Shown piece after piece: positions 1 to 11,200 of a DNA stretch of 20,000 nt; position 1 is the first letter of the stretch, and each line of letters opens with the position of its first letter. The notes under the pieces were generated by a model. It was given only the letters and a program-made list of their open reading frames with translations, was not told where the DNA came from and made no database searches. The DNA comes from Catajapyx aquilonaris (Eukaryota). Made by a program: the position numbers and the translations under genes. The stretch lies in NCBI GenBank assembly GCA_000934665.2, contig JYFJ02001475.1, positions 58,862 through 78,861 of the forward strand, given 5' to 3'.

Positions 1-912
1 TATAATCGGAAGTAATTTCAATTTTTTGTGACGAAAACTTAAATTTTGACAACCATCCGTCTCTCTGCCAGACTATCGCTCCTATAGATTTATCCGAAGC
101 TGTTTCACTACTGACAGCAGTCAAAGAATGTTTAAATAATGATGGGAACGTCGCACATGACATCTTGACAATGGTGTGCTTGGCGTTAAGGGAAACCGAA
201 ATCAGCACGTGGCATGAATGAAAGGCTTGCTTTGATGGATGGAAATTGCGGCATGTGGATCTGTACACGTGGATGTTACGAGCAAGTACCACTACAGTTG
301 ATTATAAAGTTCCTGAAATTCCTTCAGAAGCAGTGTCAGAGCTCAGGTTCAATTAAGTGAGCATTACTGTAGGAGTGTAGGTACATACTCTGCAATATTG
401 GTAATTTACGATGTAACCCAAATTATTGTCATACAAATTAGCTTACAACAATAATAATCTTCATATTTTTGATTAACTTACTTTGAACACCCACACATTA
501 ATCGGCTATTGCTATTATTGCCCTATAATTATTACATTACTCATGCATGACGCACTCACTTGTTATTTAATCATATCGCGTTGCATAAATGAAAGGCAAT
601 GACTGGCCCTGCCATCGACACCGAAATTTCCCCATCGACCCAAAAAAGAACCACAACCCTAATTTACTTTTACGTGTCACATATGTCAAAAGCCTCCGAT
701 TTTTGGTGTCAGAAACTAACAGATAACGTCACTCACAATGTACTCAAACTACAATTTGATTTATCACTCCCACTGTACATAATCACCATGCCCTCCAATG
801 ATAGCCCTCGGATCATTTTGAACCTGATGCTGCCTGATGCTTCAGCACAAGTTGTTTCGTAATGATTCAGACAAACAGGGCGAGGCACTGTCGTTTAAAC
901 CAAAGAACAATC

Positions 913-1025
913 TGACGTCACGGTTTGCCCCGCCTCCACCCGACTCTTCCTTCCAATCATGCCATCGAATGGCTCTGCAAGCATACTACTGCGCATGCTC
1001 AGAAAACACGGCTGGTATGACGTCA
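913..1025. promoter_or_regulatory. Putative promoter-proximal motif cluster upstream of the GPCR
   Basis: Two perfect CRE palindromes TGACGTCA (913, 1018), a GC box GCCCCGCCTCC (927), CCAAT (953) and an NRF1/ewg-like TGCGCATGCTC (990), all within 113 bp. Confidence 0.4.
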
Positions 1026-1211
1026 GATCGTTCTTTGACTTAAAGGACTGTAGATAGATGCATACCTTCCAGGATACTTAACGACCTAACGAAGCTGCGT
1101 ACACCAAACGACACGTCTACACAAAATGATCCCATGATGCCTAGGAATCACCCTAGAAGTTTGTCCGAATCATTACAGAACACCCTATAGACAGCTCCAG
1201 GGAAAGGTCAG

Positions 1212-1212
<1 letters not shown>

Positions 1213-1266
<54 letters not shown>
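1213..1266. repeat. (CT)27/(GA)27 microsatellite
   Basis: Perfect dinucleotide run. Confidence 0.98.
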
Positions 1267-1268
<2 letters not shown>

Positions 1269-2179
1269 AGGATATGACAGAAATCCGACTTGCAAATGGA
1301 TGGTATAAAGTGCGATGGTGACCTTCCCTAAAGGGAAGACTAGAGTTAGTCCTCCTGCAACAATTAAACGCGGCCCCCTCTTGTATCAAAATTCAGAGGA
1401 ACAGCCTGAAAACGGCTCCAGGTCGTTAAAACCCAGGCCATTAACTTTTACACCCAGTTGTATCATTTTCTAGGTAATTGGTTGAATTTTCATTGCAGTC
1501 CAAACGGCCCGTTGAGTCTGGACTGTCAGGAGAAAAATAGTGACCAAGAATTTTAAATACCGTACTATTCGATCTTCTAAACTGGGAGAGGTCCTAATGA
1601 CTTTTGTTTGCTGTTGATCCTTCCCCTTCCATCATTTTCCAATGTACGGGTTCTGATCTTAATGGAATCTCCCTTGGAGCATTAAAAAAGATGCCTCAAT
1701 TTGCATGGCCATGAGGTCTTCTTTCTGCTTGCCAATGCAAACTTCCTCACGATTTACATGTGCCTAGGGAGAGGCTATCCCCATGGGATAAGTTCTTTCC
1801 ATGAGGCATAAAATCTACTCCCGAACTATTTTGCCGTTCATACGATTCCAATATTTGGGAGCCAAGATGGCCGAAAATGATGTCCGGGAGAGGCGTTTAG
1901 GAAACGAAATCATCTATTTTGCATACCATACCTAACTTTTAGTGCCTGAGGCTTCTCTGGCACTAGCTTGTAACTGATGAAGCAGTCGGAACTGATAATT
2001 GGTTTCACAACCAGGAAGCATCAATATTCGTAGCCAAGATGGCGACACATTCGCCAAAACGACGCCTGAGACACGTTTTGGAAAATAAATGATGTGCTTA
2101 CAGCATAAACTTGATGGTAACTGTTGATGAATTATTAGCAATCATTTTTTTGATCCCTCAGGACCAATGAGGACACATC

Positions 2180-2275
2180 ATGGGAGAAGCTTGGCTACTG
2201 AGGTCGCTGTTTTTGGCGACTGTCATCTGTTCCTGCCTGCAGCCGCCAGGAGGGGCCGCCGATGCAAATGGAAAG
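2180..2275 (+). CDS. CG31760: GPCR coding exon 1 (signal peptide [32 protein letters not shown])
   Basis: ATG in strong context (atcATGg), hydrophobic N-terminus, AAG|gttagt donor, phase 0. An upstream acceptor tttttttgatccctcag ending at 2161 implies a further 5'UTR exon. Confidence 0.8.
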
Positions 2276-5200
2276 GTTAGTATAGCCATATTCCATAGCA
2301 GCCTTGTCCATAGTTCACAAATTGGCAACACTGCCCGATCCTCACTTGGATGTAGTTCGATTATGCATCTACCAGGTGGCGCACAGACTCCCGCTATGTA
2401 CAATGCTGCCACCCTGTGGCAGAAAGCAGTACCACATGCACGTTGGTGATAAGTCACCTCAGAGCCAATTTTACACAATTCATGATATCAATTTTAAGCG
2501 TTTTAGTTGCAAACTTGTGGAAATGAGTGGGAGTGTCCAATATGTCGAATTTGATGTATTTTTGCAGGATAGCTGGGGTGGCTGGGAAGAGGAGGCTCTT
2601 GAAGTGGTGGAAGCCACATCCATGGGCAGTGCTGGATCTCTTTGCGTCACCGAGCAGTTCCGGATGGTACCAGCTCCGATACGAGCAGACGCCTTCGACG
2701 CTGCCAGACAAAAAGTGGACCTAGCATCGGCCTTTCTAAGCCATCTTCCATCTCTAGATACGATAGGTAAGTTAAGCAAAAATGCATCGAATTAATATTT
2801 TTTTTAGCTGTTGTGTAGAAGCCTGGAGGCTTGTAATTATCTGCATGGATTGAGTTGCCGAGATTTTCCTACCTCGTTATATGCGACATCACCTGATGTC
2901 AAAAGTTCACGACTAATTTTATAATGGCCCGCCTGCTTTTAAAGTTCAAGCCAATACATATACACCGTATAATCTCGCAAGTTTGAAAATAGAGGGGGGG
3001 CACTATAATTGGCGGAAAAGTTTTTCAAATGAAATGCGTAATTATTATACGAAACAATTTTCTAATTGTCTTCAGTGTTAGTGTTGCAGAATAACCTATT
3101 TATTCCGGCCTATTTGCAAATGGAGCATATACATATTCCCAAATGTTCATACTGTAATGGACACACAGAAAACCGTTTCGTTGACTGTAAAGCAACTGCG
3201 GTATAGTGTTGTCCCCGCTGCTGAAACAAAGTTATATCAACAAAATGGGATCCACTATAACAAGCTATTTCAACTGCGGCAAAATTACTTTCACTTACAG
3301 TACCTCGCTTATACCCCAATAATATGCATTGCATAATACTATCGAAGAATGGAATGCATTGTTGCAATAACTCTTTCGATACAAAACTTCGGTGAACTTT
3401 CGCGTCATTTGGACAAGAATCACGACCAATGACTTTTCCTCTATATATTTGGGGGCAAGACTATCTCTATCCCTGTCTTATTTTTTATGTGAGTGGAAGG
3501 TGATGGGAGAAGACCATTTTCCAGGTTGAGAAGGAAGATCCTCTCCCGGAGTATTGATTGGTGCTAGGGGTAGGAGGGGTGTAGAAGGTGGCCTTTTCCA
3601 AGGTGAAGAATAAGAAGCCTGAGGCTTTCCCCCCCACGCTGTCTTCATCATCCCATCTTCCTTACTTGAAAAGGCGCCTCCAGCATCAATTTTCAACCGG
3701 GTCTTGGTTTCATTTGCATCATTTGGTAGTAGATCCGGCCTCGAGCTCTTGACGTGAGGTCCTCACACTATGATAATATGTTGTATACAAAAACATGTGC
3801 ATATGAAACTTCATGCTGAATTATTTGTTGTTAATTTTTTGCACATTTTTGTTAGCAAACGAATTAACATCTATAAAATTGAAATTATATTCATGTTGTA
3901 TGGTTTTGCTTTCTGATTGGTCCGCCGTATAACTCGTTCTGCGCAGGTGCAATGGGGGTGGAGGCAGCGCCTCTGGTGGTTGTGAGGAGGAACTATTCAT
4001 TCGTTCGCTGTCTGCCGGAGTGTCTACATCGCTTCCTCCCGACCCCCGCACCCAGTGAGCGAAGCGAGGGTTTTTCTAGTAATTATTAAAAATGGAACTG
4101 CACAAGTGTCCTATACAGGGTGGTCCAACATCAAGTGTCGTTTTATAACGGCGATTAATAGCAGTGATTTTGCGATGACGTAGCAGCGACGAGTAAAATG
4201 TCCCACTTCGGCGCATCTTCGGCGCCATCAAAGTGGGCAATTTTACACGTCGCTGCTACGTCAATCGTAAAGCGCTTCTATTAATAGCCGTTATAAAACG
4301 ACACTTGATGTTGGACCACCCTGTATGTATAGAACTAGATATATCTGGGTTAATTAGGATGAAAGTGTAGTGCAGTGGGAATGAATAGTTTCGTCAATAT
4401 GTAGGTGGGCAATGAAGTGGGCTTGTGGGTTCATATGATGAGAGTTTTAAAAACTGTGGTATTCAATATTGGTAAGGGTTAAAGCGTAAATGTCACAGAG
4501 AGTAAACGAGTTTTTCAGCTAAAATTAGTTTAGGGCATGGGCCTAATAAGGGGTCGTTCGTCCATAAAATAATTACCCGTAAAACTGCATTCCACCAAAT
4601 TTGCTTTTCTCTTCCGTTAAAATCATGGTTGTAATTAATTATTCCGCAACAGGGATTTTTTTACCTACCAATATGCAACTGGCAGGTCAAAGGTCACGTA
4701 TGTTCATTTCATGGTACGCAGTTTAATTCGACTCAATAATACTTTCGGCTCCGTTATCTCAAATCCGTTCCTGTCTTCTCTGGTAATCAAAATCGCATTA
4801 AGTTCGACTCTCTAATGCCAGCAAAAAATATTACTGCGTATTGATATGAGCCTGAGCCATTCATCAGTCTGAAAAATCGCAAGAAACCGTGCGAAAAATC
4901 CGATGAGAAAAATACTGTTTTTTTTTCTTCTTCTTCTTCTCCTTCTTCAGTTCCAGCTGAATTCTACGGAGCTGAGATTTCCCAGAAACTTCCTGGCAAA
5001 AATCTAATTTCGCAAGTGTTGCCGTTTGCCAACGAGATTTCGAGATCCTGCCATCTCCAAAACCTATAACTCAACAGACAAGAGTGTTCTCCTTATTTTT
5101 TATGTCAGCAGTTGGCAAGCCTGATTTGCCATCAAATATTTCTAATGAGCCACATCAAGATGGGCTACATCTGTTTGGAACAATTTTGCAAAAAAAAAAA

Positions 5201-8200
5201 ATTCGCGAGTCAGTGCTTGACAATAATGGCACTTTACAAGAGGTTAACCAGTGCCAAGTTTTTCGCAAAAAGGGGGGGGGGGGTTAAAGAAAAGCTTAGC
5301 AAGCAAGTGTTTTGAACAAAGTGAATAAGAATGGAGAGTTTTAATGCGATTAATTACAGCTGGTTTGTACCAGTGCAGTGAGTTAATTAGGCATTTCTAA
5401 ACAGGTGAAACCTGCTGGAACATTGAAGCTGATTCGAACATGCGGAAATATCTAAACTTCTGTTGCGAAAGTTGAGCTTTCATTTTCACATAATGGCGAA
5501 TAATCTAGTTAGTTAGTTAAAATTGAAAACATCAAAGGACGGGTTTCCTGTTGGATCTAGTCTAATCTTTGTTTAGCCTCAAATTTTTTTTTTTTTTTGA
5601 AATTCAATTAGTTGCCGTATTTGAAAGCAAAATTCGGGATCAAAAATTTCGGTTTGGCCTTGTAAAATTTATAGATGGAATTGTTTACTAACTCAACCGA
5701 CTGCGCACCCACACTGGCGCAGCTCTAAAAACATGAACACTTAGCAACAATTCGATTCCCAGTGTGTAAAACATCCAAGGGTACTTTTTCCAACCCTGCA
5801 TAAACGCGCTATAGATTTTTATCTCCTCTTTTCTAGTCCTCCTAGCGCATTTCAATTTTCGACCGAATATTCCCGTAGCTCTCGTCGTGTTTTCATTTTG
5901 CGGAGAGAAAACTCCGGTCCCCGTTTCCTAGTATAAGAAATATATGCATAACCAGAATTGGCGGCCAGAGAACTCTCTTTTTTTTATCCTAGTAATATTC
6001 AAGGTAACTGGAGAAACACATTTTCATTTTTATGCCTCCCAAAAAAAAAATGTAGAAAAAGTCTCTATGCCAACCCTTGTGCAGTCTCACCACTTCTTTA
6101 ACGATCTTCCCTCAGGTGTTATTATGCAAAACCCTACCGCGCAGCTTGAATTAAAGTATTAAATCTACGTCTTGGCAAGGCGACAATTTTGCACAAAAAA
6201 ACAGCATTTAATTCTACTGAAACTACACCTTGTAAAAATGTGGTTGCTTAATACAGGCCACATTATGAAATTTTTGTGTAACCAGTTTGTTAAAGTGGAT
6301 TTAAATAATGAAGTTAAGTTTTTTTTTCTCAGAAAATATTATTTTCCATTTGGCTGTGACTTTCTCTTCCAGACACCATTTCGCATCTGCTTCTATAAGA
6401 AAATCAATGTCTATCTTGTTAGGAGAGCATTTTATGGCCCGGTTTGCAGCAACACGTTGGAGGTTTTATTAGATTTACTAATGTGTCGAAGGGAAAGGAC
6501 GGTGAAAGTGGGAAGGTGACATTTTTTTTTCTGAAGCTGAAATGGAGTTACATGTGTTCAGAATTATGGAGTTACAGTGGGTGCTTGCGTTTTTTTCTTT
6601 AATGGGAGACTATAAAATATTATGCCAGAAGCTCCAAAGGGACTTTTTTTTAGGCGTTGGCAGTTGGCCATATCCTGTTGCTTTGATGAAACCCTAATCT
6701 TGTTCACTTCCATTAATTAATTAGGTTCAGGGAACTTAAGGCGGATATCACATAATATGTAGTAAAACTGCTTGTAGGTAATGTGCATATCAACATACAA
6801 TGTAGCGGATGCTTTAATCACTGTACATGACTAGTAGATTACTCGCTCTAGTGATACCTGCTCGACCACAATGGGTCTAATTAAAACTGTACGTACCAGG
6901 TACGTACATTGTATGGCAAGCTGTAATAGCCACATTATTAAAGCAATGAAAGGTATCAGTACTGGTACATTGGTAGCCAGAGTAATTTGTAAAATGTAAT
7001 CCGCCCTTTTTTCACACTAAGCTGATTATAATTATTATGAAGCAATTTGGAGCCGCTGATTAAAATATTTGCTACTAACGTTATATCGAATAATAGATAC
7101 CGGAATGTGATATTACATACTTTAAAAAGCACTTGTCATTAATAGTAGGAATATTAAGGAGATATGGCGAATGTTTTTGAAATATAGGTAAATTCACTGC
7201 CAGACAAATAGACCCAGTAAATGGCTGTTATCCTGCAGCGCAATCCAAGCTCTTGTGTGTTATTTTACAAAATGATGTGCGGTAAGCTGCAGACGGGTGG
7301 GACTAATGGAAACAATGGGAACAGCTCAGGGGAGGCCGTCACAAATGAAACGTGTACTGTACAACTGGAATGTTAATTTTGTACTCCCGTCAAACAAATA
7401 CAATTTTGCACAGAAGTGAAAATGCCAAATTACACCAACCCTATATATTTTGTCCATTTTATTATAGCTTTTATTATTATTAAAATTGTTACAGTGTCTA
7501 TTTTTCGACCCAGTCTAGTATACCTAATGCCATAGTTGCAGCTGAAAATGATGGTCTCTTCTGCAGTAACTATCTCAAAAGTTTCGCATCACAAAAAGGC
7601 TGCTAATGAAAAACCAACTTTTCGCATTACCGTTTTTTTTTTCGTACAAAGCATGCTGTATGTTCCGCCAGCATATTTTAAAAAGAGAGGACTAAAAAAA
7701 GTTGAGAGCAAACATTGTGGGGGTGAGGATATCAGCTGAAAAATATGTAACCGTAGCTCGTGTGTGTGTGTGCCATCTTCATAATTACACTTTCATAGTG
7801 TCCAACAGCGTCATAACACTAATGAAACAAAAAAATTTAAAAATGGGTAGTACCCTGTAAATTCTCACGTCAAAATTTTATAATACTCTTAACTATAGAG
7901 TTAACATACCTTACAATAGTATTTTAAAAGCGCACTCCTGGTTTTTTGGGGAAATAAAGGGAGACGCACTGCAGTGTAAAATTACAGCATGAGAAGATTC
8001 CCTCTTGGTTACAGTAATTACAGCTTTTTCATTCCCCCCCCCCCCCNCCCGAAAAAAAAGATGGAGCCACGGACACCAGTAAGCAAGTAGGCCATATAAG
8101 CGCTTACTAAAAACTTCCGCGCAGAAAATTGGCCCTGCGACCTAGCCTGGAAGTAGGTCAGTTTCATAAATGACTTTTGAAGATTGGCTTTGTAAATATA

Positions 8201-11200
8201 AAATACTGCGCACTGGATTAGGTGCTATGGGATTACCTAACACCGGGTGTTTCATAATCACCTCCACAATTCTTTGGGGGTTGCCAGCAGTTTGTCTCAG
8301 CAGTCTTCACATATACATGGCAAGTATATGCGTCACATTTTAGATAACTTATCGTCATCCAATTTTAATTTTAACTGCGATGTTTCCCAGACAATGGAAC
8401 ACCAGGCTATAACCGCGATATTGGAGATGGTCCAATGCACTCTGTAATTAATTCTAATTATGTCAGTAACAAGGTAGAGGAACCCAAGTGACAACTTTGC
8501 CTAAAGTGTTTCTCTAACTCCCAAGAACTTGCAAGAACGCAGTTTGTCCGCATCTTTACGGAACACCCTGTATTCTTTAAATAGCTTTGAGCAGTTTTTA
8601 CTATTAAAACACTTTAAATCGCGCTTTGATAAGTGGAAATTATTTGACTTGTCAGTCACATGGTTTTGAAGATCTTATGATATGCACAATCGGGTTCAAT
8701 TAGTTCCGGCCACTTTATCCTGGTCTTGAAGCAACCATTCGCACAGGCCCCACGGTGAGAAGGTGTATGTGTGAAGGGTTGCTTCAAGACCAGGATAAAG
8801 TGGCCGGAACTAATTGAAGCCGACCGTGTGTATCAGAATTTAGCTCACATGGGTGACTAAAAGTGTGTGTGTATCTCCTTCAGAAATGGTGAAGGCCTTG
8901 GTTCGAGCCCTGGTGGAATCCGAAAGCACGATCCAGTCTGCCCGACTGGTGATTCTGAACTCATCTACAGTGCTGCCCAATCTTCAGGTGAACGCCAGCA
9001 GGCCTCGACCTTCTGACCCTCCTGACCCAAGAGTCCACGAGGGTCCTGCCCCTCCCGAACACACCCTAATGGTCCTCCCATGGTCTCCAGAAGACCTGAC
9101 CTTTTTCCCATCAGCTAACCTGACCGCACCTTACTCGACCTCGCCGCATTTCCCACCTCATGCAGATTCCGACAAGTCATTTCCTGGACGCTGGAAGTTC
9201 CCTTACTACTCATGCGAGCACAGGAAGTGGCTCATGTCCTACTCTGTCAGCCTCCATCTTGGAAGCACCCTTAACACCAGAGGAGGGTGAGTAACCATTC
9301 CAAAAAAAGAGCGTGATTCGAGTAGACTTTTTCTCAAAATTGGACAGCAACGACATAGAATGTTGTCAATCTCATTTCCGGTTGAGTTTTTCTAGTCCAA
9401 ACATGTACCACAGTGGCGTAAAAAAATGGGCTTGATTTGTAGCCAGTACGCTGCACCCTTAATGGTGTATTCCCTTTGAAGGTACAGACATGGCGGAAAT
9501 GTCAAAGGACGACACTGCTCTGCACCTTGCACCAACTTTGTGAGAGTGTTGGGGGGGGGGGGGGGTAGGATGCTCTCCCGGATATATCCACGGCGCAACT
9601 GCGTCCGGAATGCAAGTGGTCCGCAAAGTCCAGGGACGGATACTTACCCCATTTTCCTTTCAGACCCAAGTCGTGCATGCTGTTCACTTCGCCACCGGAA
9701 AACTAATCCGGTTTAAGGGAGTTAATCCGGGCATTCTGATGCGATTACGAGGGCCTAAGCACCTGTACGGAAATTCATTTGCGTCCACCTCTGCTAAATA
9801 AAGGAGGATGCTGAGGGAATGAGTCGTTTTACTGAGGGATATTGAGATTACAAAAGCTGGGGTTAATGGGGGTTGAATTTTTAGGTTGTCAAAAATTGAA
9901 GGGTCACACGCTGAACAAGAATGCAATTTAAATTTAAGTTTAAAATAAGCATACTTGGTGTAATATTTCAATAAGGCCACTGGACTTGTAACGGGTACTA
10001 AATAAATAAATAAACAAACAAATAAATAAATATTTCAGATCTAACAGCGCTTTGAGTGTGGACGTTGATCTGTCCCACATGGACATCAACCAGTGCGACC
10101 CACTTCTAGACTCACATGGCCGTCCAATTTCTTCCTACATTACACAAATCACGGTTTTCGCCGGAACTCACAAGTGTCACCGGCTGTCAACTACGGTAAA
10201 TATGTCAACGTAACAAGTGATATCAAAGAGAATTTTCCTTAAGAGTATACCAGGCAGTAAGTCAGATATAATCCGGTGAACTTTCTCTGTTATAAGTCCA
10301 ACCACCTGCGAAACTCTCCCCCTTTTCAAGGTCACTCCCCATCCGACTTTATTACTCCCCAGTCTCAAGGTCATTAAAGAGCCAATCACTGCTCGCTCCC
10401 CCATTTCAAGGCCATGTTGATCGATCCTATGGGAACGCTTCTCCTGAAGCAGGTGAGCCAATCAAAATGCAACTTACTCTGCTGATGTCCCAAGGCTGCA
10501 GTGAAACTTAATCTAAAATGTATCCCTAAGGCTTGTAAGCCAATCAGCCTCGTTTTCCTCAAGGTCATTAGAAAAGCAGATGTGTGCAATGCAGCACGGA
10601 TTATGGCTTTTTTTTACTGCCTGGTGTTTGTAAGCTGGAAAGTACTCAAAAATTCGTTCCATGTTCTTATCAGTGTGTGTTTCGACCCGGACGAGGTTGG
10701 ACACGAGGCAGTTACGAATGTCACTGCAAACCAGGTTTCTACGGTCGAAACAAACAGCGGGTGTTCAACGGGACCTTGGTGGAAGGTAAATAAAAAAAAA
10801 CCGCAGGTTTCCTTAATTGAATCAACATCGCTCACAATTTTCACTCATTAAAGGAAAACATTTTCCTGAGGGTGTGGGGTACCTGTTGAGTCTCAGAATG
10901 AGACCAAATTTGATTTCATTTGCCGTCCTGATGACCTTTTCCAACAGTGGCATGGAGAGATAGGGTGACCCACAAGAGCAACTCGTATGAGCTGCTATTT
11001 GAGTGCCGAAGATGTGCTTATGGATGTCCGGACTGTGTAGACGACTCACCTTGTCTAGCCAGCTACAACTGGGCTTTCAGGTAAATGTTCGACTGTTGCA
11101 AATTTTAGCAATTACTAGTAAAATGTTGGTCAACGTCCTTTCGAATATTTATCCTGACTATTCGGTGCCACCAATGCATCTCCCTTGCACAGTTGGTGGC

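Noticed and set aside
1153..1389. ORF with an (ER)n repeat
   Set aside because: Artifact of translating the (GA)n microsatellite.
2304..2567. 5' part of the 163 aa ORF 2304..2795
   Set aside because: This is intron 1 sequence. A strong acceptor at 2567 and the signal-peptide exon explain the true frame.
3478..3762. Minus-strand Pro-rich open frame in intron 2 (nested gene or Helitron-captured fragment)
   Set aside because: No recognisable domain, no convincing splice acceptor, and bounded by stops.
5901..5931. Second Helitron-like end (cggag/ctccg hairpin then CTAG-T)
   Set aside because: The 5 bp stem is too short to distinguish from chance.
8033..8050. Poly-C run containing an N
   Set aside because: Assembly or base-calling ambiguity in a homopolymer, not biology.
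9411..9982. Possible hAT MITE with CAGTGGC...GCCACTG ends
   Set aside because: Only 7 bp of perfect TIR, and the 8 bp flanks (atgtacca versus gacttgta) do not match as a TSD.
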